Assembly (NCBI GenBank): GCA_016789955.1 | Contig: JAEUPB010000004.1 | Location: 22,141 to 86,140 of the forward strand | From: Rubrivivax sp. | Lineage (GTDB): Bacteria; Pseudomonadota; Gammaproteobacteria; Burkholderiales; Burkholderiaceae_C | Direction of reading: 5' to 3' | Length of the DNA: 64,000 nucleotides | Shown: positions 1-9,744 of the stretch, one piece after another | Layout: each line of letters starts with the position of its first letter | Position numbering within the stretch: the stretch's first letter is position 1 | Notes under the pieces: generated by a model | What the model was told of the DNA's origin: nothing | Databases searched by the model: none | Seen by the model: only the letters and a program-made list of their open reading frames with translations | Made by a program: the position numbers and the translations under genes

Positions 1-1409
1 TGCGGGTCCACGGCCGGCGCCGCACCGGGGTCGAGCATCGTCCACAGCAGAATGACGGCCGCGAACGCCAGCACCATCATGACGCCCGGCACGATGCCCG
101 CGACGAAAAGCGTCGAGACCGGCACGCCCACGGAGGTGCCGTAGATGATCATCGGCACGCTCGGCGGGATCAGGATGCCCAGTGTGCCGCCCGCCGCCAC
201 GGTGCCGTAGGTGAGACTCGGGCGGTAGCCCCGCTGGATCATCTCCGGGCAGGCCACGCCGCCGATCGTGGCTGCCGTGGCCACGCTCGAACCCGACACC
301 GCGGCGAACAGCCCGCAGCCCGCCGTGGCCGCATGCGCCAGGCCGCCGGGCAGTCGCACCAGCAGCGCGGCCATCACCGCGAACATCTCGCGCGAGAGCC
401 CGCTGCGCACCAGCAGCGCGCCCATCAGCACGAACATCGGCACGGCCGTCAGCGAGAAGCTGTTCACCGCCGACCACGTGCGCTCGGCCACGGTGAGCGG
501 GAACGGCACCGGCGTGAGGAAGTAGATGGCCAGCAGCCCGACGAAGGCCAGCGCGAACGCGATGCGCAAGCCCGCCGCGAGCGTGACGACGATGGCCACG
601 CCGAGCATCGCGCTGACGAATCCCAGGCCCAGATCCTTGCCGAAGTACGTCGCGCCGAGGCCGGCCGCCACGGCGCCGCCCACCGACAGCAGAGCGGACC
701 AGCCGCCCGTGGCCCACGCGCCGACGAGCGTGACGACGAGCACCGCCAGGCTGCCGGCGTCGAAGCGCGTGTCGCCCAGCAGCGGCGGGCGCGGGCCGAA
801 CGCCGCGAGCAGCAGCGCGAGGCCGGCGAGCAGCGCGTACGGCAAGGCCCGCCGCCACGCGGGCACGGCGGTGGCCAGCCGCTCGGCTTCCACGACGATC
901 GCCGCGGCCAGCACGGCCAGACCCACGGCGATCGGCAGCTTGGGCATCCACGTGGGCGTGAGCAGCAGGCTGAAGATGCGCGAGCCGTTGCGGTGGTCGG
1001 AGAGCACCATCAGCGCGCTCTGCCACGCCATGATCGCCGCCACCAGGAAGGCCAGCCAGGCCACGGCCAGCATCGCGGTGCGCCGGGCGCCGCCGCGCAG
1101 CTGCTTTAGCAGCAGGTCCACGCGCACGTGGCCGCCGACCAGGTGCGTGTGCGCCGCGCCGAGGAACACGGCCGCCACGAGCACGTAGGTGCTGATCTCG
1201 GTGGCCCATTCGGTGGGCCGGTTGAAGGCGTAGCGGGCCAGCACGTCGTAGACGGTGGCCAGCCCCAACCCCACGATGCCCAGGCCGGCCACCCGCGCGC
1301 CGGCGGTGGACACGGCGGCGATCGCACGCCCGACCGAGGACTCGCGCGCCGCCCCCTCCACCGGAGAGGCCGCACTCGCATCGCCCACGATCACCGCGTC
1401 GTCCGCCAT
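1..1409 (-). CDS. Fused TRAP transporter small+large permease (DctQ-DctM), 3' end outside window
   Basis: Manual translation from ATG at 1409: DctQ-like N-terminus (YDVLARYAFNRPTEWATEISTY...GHVRVDLL) in the same frame as DctM motif GTVAAGGTLGILIPPSVPMIIYG. Missing from the ORF track because it has no stop in the window. Confidence 0.85.
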   Translation of the reverse strand, partial: MADDAVIVGDASAASPVEGAARESSVGRAIAAVSTAGARVAGLGIVGLGLATVYDVLARYAFNRPTEWATEISTYVLVAAVFLGAAHTHLVGGHVRVDLLLKQLRGGARRTAMLAVAWLAFLVAAIMAWQSALMVLSDHRNGSRIFSLLLTPTWMPKLPIAVGLAVLAAAIVVEAERLATAVPAWRRALPYALLAGLALLLAAFGPRPPLLGDTRFDAGSLAVLVVTLVGAWATGGWSALLSVGGAVAAGLGATYFGKDLGLGFVSAMLGVAIVVTLAAGLRIAFALAFVGLLAIYFLTPVPFPLTVAERTWSAVNSFSLTAVPMFVLMGALLVRSGLSREMFAVMAALLVRLPGGLAHAATAGCGLFAAVSGSSVATAATIGGVACPEMIQRGYRPSLTYGTVAAGGTLGILIPPSVPMIIYGTSVGVPVSTLFVAGIVPGVMMVLAFAAVILLWTMLDPGAAPAVDP

Positions 1410-1445
1410 CGCCGCCCCCGGATGCAACGGACCGCGATTATGGAC

Positions 1446-1462
1446 ATTTGTCCAGACAACTT
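1446..1462. promoter_or_regulatory. Putative GntR/HutC-type operator copy 1 (ATTTGTCCAGACAACTT)
   Basis: TGT-N4-ACAACT motif in the divergent dctQM/dctP intergenic region; matches four other copies. Confidence 0.6.
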
Positions 1463-1535
1463 CAACGCGCCACCCACGTGCTCCGGCGCGTGGGTTCATT
1501 GCAGGCAGATGCCCCTGCCGGGGGGGTCCACCCCC

Positions 1536-1579
1536 TTGACAGACGAGCGCCGGCGTCTTCATGATTTGTCCGCACAACT
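1536..1579 (+). promoter_or_regulatory. Sigma70-like promoter (TTGACA-18-CATGAT) overlapped by operator copy 2 (ATTTGTCCGCACAACT)
   Basis: Perfect TTGACA at 1536-1541, CATGAT at 1560-1565, operator at 1564-1579, just upstream of dctP. Confidence 0.6.
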
Positions 1580-1594
1580 GTCGAGGAGCCTGCG

Positions 1595-2599
1595 ATGCGC
1601 CTGAAGACCTGGACCACCCTGCTGCTGGCCGCGCTGACGTCGGCCGGCGCCGCCGCCCAGTCGGTGAAGTGGACCATCGGCTGGACCAACGCCAACGGCA
1701 GCAGCTACGCCGAGACCATTAAGACGGTGCCGGCGCGCATCGAGGCCGCCACCAAGGGCCGGCTGAAGATCGAGCTGTACGACACGCTGGTGGCCGGCGC
1801 CGAGCAACCCGCCGCCGTGCGCGACGGCCGTCTCGACGGCTCGTTCGCCGTAAGCCCGTGGCTGAGCGCCGAGGCACCGCTGATGAACTTCGGCCACCTG
1901 CCGGGCCTGCTCACCGACGTGGCGCTGTACCAGAAGATGCTCGACCCGCTGCTGCGCGGCGAGATGGCGCGCGTCTGGGCCGCCAAGTACGGTGCGGTGC
2001 AGCTGGCCACCGGCGTCTTCGAGGACCAGTGCATCATCTCCAAGGTGCCGCTGCACACGGTGGCCGACTTCAACGGCAAGAAGATCCGCGTGCACAACAC
2101 CGAGGCCGCGGCGCTGATGCGCACGATCGGCGCGGTGCCCACCCCGGTGCCGTTCGGCGAGATCACGCCGGCGCTGCAGCGCGGCATCGTCGACGTGGTC
2201 ATGACCTCGGTGGGCACGGCCAACGGCTTCGGCTTCCCGGCGGTGGCCAAGCAGCTGTCGATCTGGCGCATCGGCACCGTGGTGCCGTGGTCGTTCGTCG
2301 TCAATCAGGCCACCTGGGGCAAGCTGCCGGCGGACCTGAAGCCGGTGGTGGAAGCCGAGTTCCGCAAGATCGAGGACGAGCACTTCGCGCGCCACGCCGC
2401 GTTCTCGAAGGACTCGATCGACCGGCTCGTCAAGGCCGGCATGTCGTTGTACGTGGCCACGCCCGAGGAGTCGGCCAAGATGTTCGCACCGGCCAACGTC
2501 AACTCGGTCTACGACAACTGGTACGCGCTGAACGACAAGGCCGGCACCGACGGCCGTGCCCTCGTGAAGAAGATCAACGAACTGAAGGCCAAGCTCTGA
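1595..2599 (+). CDS. dctP: TRAP transporter substrate-binding protein DctP
   Basis: Signal peptide; DFNGKKIRV and PVPFGEITPALQRGIVD motifs. Confidence 0.9.
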   Translation: MRLKTWTTLLLAALTSAGAAAQSVKWTIGWTNANGSSYAETIKTVPARIEAATKGRLKIELYDTLVAGAEQPAAVRDGRLDGSFAVSPWLSAEAPLMNFGHLPGLLTDVALYQKMLDPLLRGEMARVWAAKYGAVQLATGVFEDQCIISKVPLHTVADFNGKKIRVHNTEAAALMRTIGAVPTPVPFGEITPALQRGIVDVVMTSVGTANGFGFPAVAKQLSIWRIGTVVPWSFVVNQATWGKLPADLKPVVEAEFRKIEDEHFARHAAFSKDSIDRLVKAGMSLYVATPEESAKMFAPANVNSVYDNWYALNDKAGTDGRALVKKINELKAKL

Positions 2600-3228
2600 T
2601 GGACGTGCCGGCGGCGAAGGACTGGGGCGGCCCGCTGAGGATGATCGAGCAGGCCGGGCAGGCTTGCCTGGACGCGCCCGGCCCCGAGGAGGCGATGCGC
2701 GTGCTGGCCCGAGCCTGCTACGACACGCTGGGCGACCGCGAGGCCCACCTGCGCCCCGGCGCGCTGAAGCCCGGCGAGCACCAGTTCTTCGTGGCCGGCG
2801 TCTTCATCGTCTCGCCCGACACGAAGGTCCACATGCTGGTGGGCAACATCGGCTTCCCGCCCGAGCAGGAACGCCTGCTGGTGCCCATCGACGGCGGCCA
2901 CCCCGGGCAGGTGTACGCCACGCGCGAGAAGCTGCTGCTGAAGAACACCGACGACCACGTCAGCTTCAAGCAGTACCTCAAGTCGGCGCGCATGGGCTCG
3001 ACGATCTTCGCGCCGATGATCGTGCGCGGACATTTCCACGGCCAGCTGATCATGGCCGCGCAGGCGCGCCACACGATGCGCGAGGCCGACCTCGAGGTGA
3101 TCGTCGCGCTGTCGCGCGTGGCCGTCGGCGCCTGGCTGGCGCACGACGGGCCGCAGTGGCTGGCGCGGAACTACCCGCCGCCGAACGCCTATGCCGTCGA
3201 CCGCGGGGGGCTGAACCCGCGCGACTGA
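2599..3228 (+). CDS. Stand-alone GAF-domain protein
   Basis: TGATG overlap with dctP; GAF-like pattern (GGHPGQVY...GSTIFAPMIVRGHFHGQLIMA...EADLEVIVAL). Confidence 0.7.
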   Translation: MDVPAAKDWGGPLRMIEQAGQACLDAPGPEEAMRVLARACYDTLGDREAHLRPGALKPGEHQFFVAGVFIVSPDTKVHMLVGNIGFPPEQERLLVPIDGGHPGQVYATREKLLLKNTDDHVSFKQYLKSARMGSTIFAPMIVRGHFHGQLIMAAQARHTMREADLEVIVALSRVAVGAWLAHDGPQWLARNYPPPNAYAVDRGGLNPRD

Positions 3229-3244
3229 CGCTGCAGCGCCGCGC

Positions 3245-4612
3245 ATGCCCGCCACGCCCAGCCTCACTCGCACGCTGCTCGAAGCCGCCGCGCGCCCGGT
3301 CGACGCCGCGGCGCGACGCCGCGCGGTGCTGCATTGGCTCGACTGGATGGGCTGCGTGGCCGCGGGCGCACGCGCGCCGGTTGGGCAAGTGCTGAGCGGG
3401 CTGCGGTGCGAGCCCGGCGCGGGCAGCGTGGCGTCGCTGCTCGGCCCCGCGCCCGACGCCTGGACCGCGACGCTGCTCGACGCCGGACCGGCCAACGTCG
3501 AGGAGATGGACGACATGCACCGCCAGGCCATCCTGCATCCGGGGCCGGTGGTGCTGCCGGCGCTGGCGGGGCTGGCGCGCGTCGGCGCGCCGCGGCAGCG
3601 GGTGCTCGACGCGCTCGTGCGCGGCTACGAGGTGATGATCCGCGTCGGCCGCAGCGTGGGCCCGCGCCACTATGCGCTGTGGCACAACACCGGGACGGCC
3701 GGCGTCTTCGGCGCCGCCGCGGCCTGTGCCGATGCGATGGCCTTGTCAGCCGACGCCGCGGTCTGGGCGCTGGGCAACGCGGGCACGCAGGCCGCGGGGC
3801 TGTGGCAGGTTCGGCTCGAGCCCGTGATGTCCAAGCAGCTGCATACCGCGCATGCCGCCTGGGCCGGCCGCAGTGCGGCGCGGCTGGCCGCCGCCGGCTT
3901 CACCGGGCCCGAGCTCATCCTCGAAGGCGAGCGCGGCTTCCACGCGGCGATGTGTGCCGATGGCGACCTGGCCGCGGTGAACCGGCCCGACACCGGCTGG
4001 CTGATCCACCAGACGAGCTTCAAGCCCTGGCCGGCGTGCCGCCACACGCACGCCACGATCGACTGCGTGCTGGCGCTGCGGCAGCAGGCCGGCGGCGGGC
4101 CGCTGGCGTTCCGCAGCGCGAGGGTGGAGGGCTTTCGCGATGCCATTGCAATCTGCGACGCTCCCGTGCCGACCACGCGCACGCAGGCCAAGTTCTCGCT
4201 GCAGTTCTGCGTGGCGCTGTTGGCCGCGATCGGCGAGCCGCGGCCGGAGCACTTCGACGAAGGCTTCCTGCGCCGGCCCGATCTCCTCGACGCCGCCTCG
4301 CGGGTGCACCTGTCGGTGTCCGAAGAGCTGACCCGCGCCTATCCCGATCACTACGGCGCCCGCGTCACGCTCGAACTGCCCGACGGCAGCACCATCTCGC
4401 AGGCGGTACGCGACTCGCTGGGCGACCCCGAACGGCCGCTGCCCGAACAGGCCGTGTTCGACAAGGCCCGCACCCTGATGGCCTACGGCGGCGTGGCGCC
4501 GGCCCGCGCGCAGGCGGCACTCGAGGCTGCCGAGGCGCTGCTCGAACCCGACGCGGCCGTGCGCGACGAACCGCTGCCGTCCGCGCTGCTGGAACCGCTC
4601 TTCGACGACTGA
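3245..4612 (+). CDS. MmgE/PrpD family protein
   Basis: EMDDMH...LHPG, LVRGYEV, ILEGERGF, KPWPACRHTH, AKFSL motifs. Confidence 0.9.
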   Translation: MPATPSLTRTLLEAAARPVDAAARRRAVLHWLDWMGCVAAGARAPVGQVLSGLRCEPGAGSVASLLGPAPDAWTATLLDAGPANVEEMDDMHRQAILHPGPVVLPALAGLARVGAPRQRVLDALVRGYEVMIRVGRSVGPRHYALWHNTGTAGVFGAAAACADAMALSADAAVWALGNAGTQAAGLWQVRLEPVMSKQLHTAHAAWAGRSAARLAAAGFTGPELILEGERGFHAAMCADGDLAAVNRPDTGWLIHQTSFKPWPACRHTHATIDCVLALRQQAGGGPLAFRSARVEGFRDAIAICDAPVPTTRTQAKFSLQFCVALLAAIGEPRPEHFDEGFLRRPDLLDAASRVHLSVSEELTRAYPDHYGARVTLELPDGSTISQAVRDSLGDPERPLPEQAVFDKARTLMAYGGVAPARAQAALEAAEALLEPDAAVRDEPLPSALLEPLFDD

Positions 4613-4633
4613 TCCGCGCCGGCCGGGCGGCGC

Positions 4634-5386
4634 TCAGGAGCGCCGCAGCGTCGACGCGTAGGTGTACAGCCCGCCGTGGTACAGCGAGTGCGCCACGAGC
4701 AGCAGGCGCCCTTCCGGCGCGTAGTAGTGGCGCACGATCTGGAACACCGCCTCGCCCGGCTTCATGTGCAGCACCTTGGCCTCGGCCTCGGCGACGTTCA
4801 CCGAGCTGAACGCCTGCTCGATGCGGTCAATCCGGCGGATGTCCACCGTGTGCACGATCTCGGCGGCGGCGGTCTCCACATCGAGCAGCTTGCGCGTCTG
4901 CACCTTGCTGCGCACCGCCACGTAGACGTCGACCAGCGCCAGCGGCCGCACGTCGTGGCGCGGGTAGCGGATCGAGCGCACCCACACGCACGGCGCCTTG
5001 CCGAGCCGCGACACCTGGCTCGCGTAGGTGCTCTCCTCGGGCGCCAGCGACTTGCTGGAGAGCACGTGCAGCCGCGTGGCGTTGCCGTGCTGCAGCATGT
5101 CCTCGATGGTCTGGATGTTCTGCTCGTAACGCACCGGCGGGCTGGTGGCCACCACCGTCGAGCCCGAACCCTGGCGGCGTGTGATCAGCCCGCGGGTCTC
5201 GAGCTGGCGCAACGCCTCGCGCGTGGTGTGCCGGCTGACGCCGAAGGTCTCGCACAGGTCCTTCTCGGTGGGCAGCGACGCACCCACGCCCCAGCGGCCG
5301 TCGCGGATCTCGCCCAGCAGGTAGTCCGCGAGCCTCTGGTAGTACGGCCCCGGACCGTCCTTCAGCGCAACCTGTTCCCGACCCAT
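4634..5386 (-). CDS. GntR family regulator, HutC subfamily (UTRA domain)
   Basis: wHTH LPTEKDLCETFGVSRHTTREAL...RRQGSGS followed by a UTRA-like C-terminus; ATG at 5386. Confidence 0.9.
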   Translation of the reverse strand: MGREQVALKDGPGPYYQRLADYLLGEIRDGRWGVGASLPTEKDLCETFGVSRHTTREALRQLETRGLITRRQGSGSTVVATSPPVRYEQNIQTIEDMLQHGNATRLHVLSSKSLAPEESTYASQVSRLGKAPCVWVRSIRYPRHDVRPLALVDVYVAVRSKVQTRKLLDVETAAAEIVHTVDIRRIDRIEQAFSSVNVAEAEAKVLHMKPGEAVFQIVRHYYAPEGRLLLVAHSLYHGGLYTYASTLRRS

Positions 5387-5404
5387 GCGTGCACCCGCCC
5401 TCAC

Positions 5405-5447
5405 TTGCCCCCGGCGGAGTATGCCGGGTAATATGTACGGACAACTT
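5405..5447 (+). promoter_or_regulatory. Promoter (TTGCCC-18-TAATAT) overlapped by operator copy 3 (AATATGTACGGACAACTT)
   Basis: Lies between the divergent gntR and CoA-ligase starts, a typical autoregulatory position. Confidence 0.65.
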
Positions 5448-5458
5448 AGCACGGCCCC

Positions 5459-6853
5459 ATGCGTCACGCAACCTACTTCGAGGCGGTCGACATCGCGCAG
5501 CTGATGCGCGAGTTCCCGGTCGGGGACGCGTTCACCGCGCGCTTCCGCGGCATGGCTGCGCAGGACCTGCGCGCGCACCAGGAGGCGCTGTTCGCGCAGC
5601 AGCTGCAGCGCGCGTGGCAGATCCCGTTCTACCAGCGGCTGTGGGGCGGCGCCGGCCTGACGCCGGCCGACGTGCGCGGCCTCGCCGACATCGGCCGGCT
5701 GCCGGCGTTCGGCAAGCAGGAGATCATGGACTCGCTGGCGCGCTGCCCGCCGCTGGGCGACCACCACGGGCGCGACATCCCGGTGGACGGGCTGATCCAG
5801 CCGATGATCCTGCACACCACCAGCGGCACCACCGGGCGCCCGCAACCGCTGCTGTTCTCGCCGCGCACGCGCGAGGTGCACAACCTGATCCTCGCCCGCG
5901 CCTACCTGCTGCAGGGCCTCAAGCCCACGGACGTGATGCACTCGGTCTACGGCCACGGGCCGGTGAACGGCGGCCACTACATCCGCGAGGCGGTGCTGCA
6001 CTACACGCCGGCCACGCTGGTGTGCGGCGGCACCGGCGTGGAGACGCCGTCGGTCAAGCAGGTGGAGCTGATGCGCGACTTCGGCGCCACGGTGATCGCG
6101 GGCTTCGCCGACTACATCCGCCGCCTGGCCGACGTGGCGCGCGAGCAGGGCCTGGTGCCGGGCCGCGACATCCCCGTGCGCATGATCACCGGGCACCTCG
6201 CGAAGGACGCGCGCGAGTCGCTCTCCGAGGCCTGGGGCGGCGTCGAGCTGTACGACTGGTACGGCGTGGGCGACACCGGCCTCATCGCCACCGAGGGCCC
6301 CGACCACGACGGCATGCACCTGATGGAAGACGCGCACTGGGTGGAGATCTGCGACGTCGACAGCGGCGAGCCGGTGCCGCACGGCGAGGCCGGCGACATG
6401 GTGGTGACGTGCCTGTTCTCGCGCGACATCTTCCCGATCATCCGGTTCAACACGCACGACGTCACGCGCTGCCTGACGACGCCGTCCCGGCTCGAGCTGC
6501 CGTTCCGCCGCATCGAGGGCTTCCTCGGACGCAGCGACAACATGGTGAAGCTGCGCGGCATCAACGTGTTCCCGCAGGCGATGTCGTCGATCCTTGCCGG
6601 CACGCCCGGGTTCGCCGGCGAGTACCTGTGCGTGCTGACGCGCGATGCCTCCGGCCGCGAGGACCTGACGGTGCGCATCGAGATCGGCGGCGAGCGCGGC
6701 GAGCCGCAGCGGCTGGCCTGCGCCGACCTGCTCAAGCGCCGGCTGGGCGTGGAGGTGGGCGTGGCGTTGGTGGCGCCGCAGGCACTCGCTGCGCTGACAG
6801 GCGTGGAGTCGCGGCAGAAGCCGATCCGGCTGCTCGACCAGCGCAAGACATGA
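5459..6853 (+). CDS. Phenylacetate-CoA ligase-like (PaaK family) AMP-forming ligase
   Basis: TTSGTTGRP P-loop, YGVGD, FNTHD, GRSDNMVKLRGINVFP. Confidence 0.85.
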   Translation: MRHATYFEAVDIAQLMREFPVGDAFTARFRGMAAQDLRAHQEALFAQQLQRAWQIPFYQRLWGGAGLTPADVRGLADIGRLPAFGKQEIMDSLARCPPLGDHHGRDIPVDGLIQPMILHTTSGTTGRPQPLLFSPRTREVHNLILARAYLLQGLKPTDVMHSVYGHGPVNGGHYIREAVLHYTPATLVCGGTGVETPSVKQVELMRDFGATVIAGFADYIRRLADVAREQGLVPGRDIPVRMITGHLAKDARESLSEAWGGVELYDWYGVGDTGLIATEGPDHDGMHLMEDAHWVEICDVDSGEPVPHGEAGDMVVTCLFSRDIFPIIRFNTHDVTRCLTTPSRLELPFRRIEGFLGRSDNMVKLRGINVFPQAMSSILAGTPGFAGEYLCVLTRDASGREDLTVRIEIGGERGEPQRLACADLLKRRLGVEVGVALVAPQALAALTGVESRQKPIRLLDQRKT

Positions 6854-8160
6854 ACGAGGAGCCTGCACGGCTGCTGCACCTCACCGCGGCCGAGCAGGCG
6901 CGGCGGGTGCGGGCCGGCGAGATCACGGCGGCCGAGTTGCTGAGGCTGCAGCGCGAGGCGATCGCGCGCGACAACCGGGCGATCAACGCCTACGTGCACG
7001 TCATCGACTCGGGGCCGCCGCAGGCAGGCTCATCGTCGCTCGCGGGCACGACCTTCGCCGTGAAGGACAACATCGACATGCAGGGCCTGCCGTCGCATGG
7101 CGGGCTGCGTGCGCTGCACGCCGAGCCCGCCGCGCGCAGCGCACCGGTCGTGCAGCGGCTGCAGGTTGCCGGCCTCACGGGCCTGGGCAAGCTGAACCAG
7201 CACGCGATGGCGCTGGGCGCCACCGGCCACAACGCCGATTTCGGCGACTGCCGCAACCCGCTGCGGCGCACGCATGTGCCCGGCGGCTCCAGCAGCGGCA
7301 GCGCGGCAGCCGTGGCGGCGGGCCTGTGCGGCATCGCGCTGGGCACCGACACGATGGGCTCGGTGCGCGTGCCGGCCGCGTACTGCGGCGTGGTCGGGTT
7401 CAAGCCGTCGTTCGACGCGCTGCCCACCGAAGGCGTGATGCCGCTGGCGAGCCTGCTCGACCACGTGGGCGTGCTGGCGCGCAGCGTGGAGGATGCGCGG
7501 CTCGCCTTCGGCATCCTCGGGCCTGCAGCGCGCGGCGCTTCGGCAGGCCCACCGAACGACATTGCGGCCTTCGAACTGGGCATCCCCGCCGACCTGCCTG
7601 CGCTGGGCGCCGATGCCGACGTGGCCGCAGCCTTCGACGCCGCGCTGCGGAGCCTGCGAGACCGCGGCTGGCGCCTGCGCCCGGTGGAGATCCCGATGCA
7701 GCGCCTGGGCCTGGTGCGCCGCGCCGGGCTGCTGCTCAGCGAGGCCGAGCTGGCCGTGACGCTCGCGCCGGTGCTGGCCGCGCGCCGCGCCGAGGTGCCG
7801 GCCGACCTGCTGGCGATGATCGACTACGGCGCTGGCCGCAGCGCCGTCGACCTGGCCCGCGCGATCGGCCGCATGACCGACCTGGCGCAGTGGGTGATGC
7901 GCACACTGGATGCTGTCGACGCGCTGCTGCTGCCCACCACGCCGCAGACGGCCTTCGCGCTCGATGCCCCGGTGCCTGCGAACCAGGCCGACTACACGGT
8001 GCTCGCCAACCTGGCCGGCGCCCCGGCCATCAGCCTGCCGCTGCCGGCCCCGCCCGAAGCCCTTCCCGCCGGCCTGCAGGTGGTGGCACGGCGCGGTGAC
8101 GACCACGCGCTGCTGCAACTGGCCGGCCTGCTCGAAGCGCATCTGGCCGTGCGCGACTGA
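6850..8160 (+). CDS. Amidase signature family enzyme
   Basis: AVKDN, GGSSSGSAAAVAAG, GTDTMGSVRVPAA (Lys-Ser-Ser triad intact); ATGA overlap with the ligase. Confidence 0.9.
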   Translation: MNEEPARLLHLTAAEQARRVRAGEITAAELLRLQREAIARDNRAINAYVHVIDSGPPQAGSSSLAGTTFAVKDNIDMQGLPSHGGLRALHAEPAARSAPVVQRLQVAGLTGLGKLNQHAMALGATGHNADFGDCRNPLRRTHVPGGSSSGSAAAVAAGLCGIALGTDTMGSVRVPAAYCGVVGFKPSFDALPTEGVMPLASLLDHVGVLARSVEDARLAFGILGPAARGASAGPPNDIAAFELGIPADLPALGADADVAAAFDAALRSLRDRGWRLRPVEIPMQRLGLVRRAGLLLSEAELAVTLAPVLAARRAEVPADLLAMIDYGAGRSAVDLARAIGRMTDLAQWVMRTLDAVDALLLPTTPQTAFALDAPVPANQADYTVLANLAGAPAISLPLPAPPEALPAGLQVVARRGDDHALLQLAGLLEAHLAVRD

Positions 8161-8185
8161 ACGCTCGAATCCCGAGGAGCCCTCG

Positions 8186-8752
8186 ATGCCCGACCCCGTG
8201 CTGCGCCGCGTGCCCCGCGACGAGATGACGCCCCGCCTGCAGCAGGAGCACGACACCGCCGTGGCGCTGCGCGACGACGCCACGCTGATCGAGGTCGGCG
8301 CGCTGGCACCCGAACTGATGGCCTGGTACCGCGACGAGTTCTACGCGAAGCTCTTCTACGGCGGCCGCGTCGGCACGCGCACCAAGGAACTGCTGCGCTA
8401 CCGCCTCTCGATGACGCACGGCTGCGCCTACTGCAACAAGGGCAACCGCGTGGCCGCCGAGAAGGCCGGCGTCACGGCCGAACAGCTGCACCACATCCTC
8501 GACGAGTCGCACGCCTGTTTCTCCGCGCAGGACCGGGCGGTGCTCAAGCTCGCCGACCAGATCGTGCTGACGAACATGCACGGCCGGCTCACGCCGGCGC
8601 TGCACGCCGAGCTGCGCCCGCACTTCGACGACGCGCAGATCTTCGAACTCGGCATGGTGGCGGGCATCCTGACCGGCATGGCCAAGTTCATCTTCACCTA
8701 CGACCTGGTGGAGCGCGAGGCGAGCTGCCCGATCGTGCCGCTGCCGGCCTGA
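8186..8752 (+). CDS. Carboxymuconolactone decarboxylase/AhpD family protein
   Basis: RTKELLRYRLSMTHGCAYC (CxxC); RBS GAGGAG upstream. Confidence 0.8.
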   Translation: MPDPVLRRVPRDEMTPRLQQEHDTAVALRDDATLIEVGALAPELMAWYRDEFYAKLFYGGRVGTRTKELLRYRLSMTHGCAYCNKGNRVAAEKAGVTAEQLHHILDESHACFSAQDRAVLKLADQIVLTNMHGRLTPALHAELRPHFDDAQIFELGMVAGILTGMAKFIFTYDLVEREASCPIVPLPA

Positions 8753-8786
8753 CGGCGCCGCTGGCGGAGCCGCGACGCCCCCGCCG

Positions 8787-9671
8787 TCAGCCCTTCCAGG
8801 GCACCTGCGCCGCGTAGTGCCGCGCGATCTGCTCGCGCGTGGCGATCCACACGCCGCCTTCGCGTGCCCGCTGCGCGGCGTGGGCGAGGAACTTCTGCAA
8901 TGCCCAGATGCGGCCCGGCCGCCCGATGATGCGCAGGTGCAGGCCCAGCGACATCATGTTGACCTCGTGCTCGCCTTCGGCCAGCGACCACTCGAGATTG
9001 TCGATCGCGTACTTCAGCCACTGGTCGGGCGTATACGACGGCTCGGCCCACATCTTCATGTCGTTGTTGTCCACCTGGTACGGCAGCACGACGATGGGGT
9101 GGCCGGCCGGGTCTTCCCAGCGCGGCTCGTCGTCGCCGTAGTCGTCCATGTGGTAGAGGAAACCTTCCTCGGCCAGCAGGCGGCGCGTGTGGTCGGTGAG
9201 CAGGTAGCGCGACAGCCAGCCGCAGGGCTTGCGGCCGGTGGTGGCCTCGATCGACGCCACGGCCTTGCGGATGTAGGCGCGCTCCTCGTCCTCGTTCATG
9301 CGGAACTGGTGCTGCCAGCGCCAGCCGTGCGAGGTCACTTCATGCCCCTGCCGCACGATCTCGCGCGCCAGCTCGGGCGCGCGCTCCAGCGCGAGCGCGC
9401 AGGCGGTGAAGGTGGCGGGGATGCCGTGTTCCTCGAGCAGCCGCATCACGCGCGGCGCGCCGCGCGTCAGCCCGTAGCGGTAGTTCGACTCGTTGCCGTG
9501 GTTGCGGATGGACTGCTTGAGCGCGATGCCCATCTCGTCGACCGGCTCGGGATACTTGTCGCCATCGACGATGTTTGCCTCGGCGCCCTCCTCGACGTTG
9601 ACGACGATCGACAGCGCCAGCCGCGCCTGGCCCGGCCAGTGCCAGGGCTTGGGGGACCGTTGGTAGTGCAT
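8787..9671 (-). CDS. Polysaccharide deacetylase family, PuuE (allantoinase)-like
   Basis: WPGQARLALSIVVNVEEG, HGWRW, SLGLHLRIIGRPGR. Confidence 0.85.
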   Translation of the reverse strand: MHYQRSPKPWHWPGQARLALSIVVNVEEGAEANIVDGDKYPEPVDEMGIALKQSIRNHGNESNYRYGLTRGAPRVMRLLEEHGIPATFTACALALERAPELAREIVRQGHEVTSHGWRWQHQFRMNEDEERAYIRKAVASIEATTGRKPCGWLSRYLLTDHTRRLLAEEGFLYHMDDYGDDEPRWEDPAGHPIVVLPYQVDNNDMKMWAEPSYTPDQWLKYAIDNLEWSLAEGEHEVNMMSLGLHLRIIGRPGRIWALQKFLAHAAQRAREGGVWIATREQIARHYAAQVPWKG

Positions 9672-9675
9672 CGGT

Positions 9676-9705
9676 TTGCGGCAAGTTGTACGGACATATT
9701 ATGAT
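9676..9705 (+). promoter_or_regulatory. Promoter (TTGCGG-18-TATGAT) with operator copy 4 (AAGTTGTACGGACATATT) in the spacer
   Basis: Divergent region between the PuuE-like and crotonase genes; 9681-9700 is the exact reverse complement of 14942-14961. Confidence 0.7.
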
Positions 9706-9744
9706 GAGCCGGGGTCGGCCGCACAAGCCGCGGGAACCCTACGC

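Noticed and set aside
4634-6868. 744-aa ORF suggesting a long GntR fusion (similarly 5389-8160, 30626-33538, 53630-56593)
   Set aside because: The N-terminal extensions overlap other real genes; the true starts are downstream.
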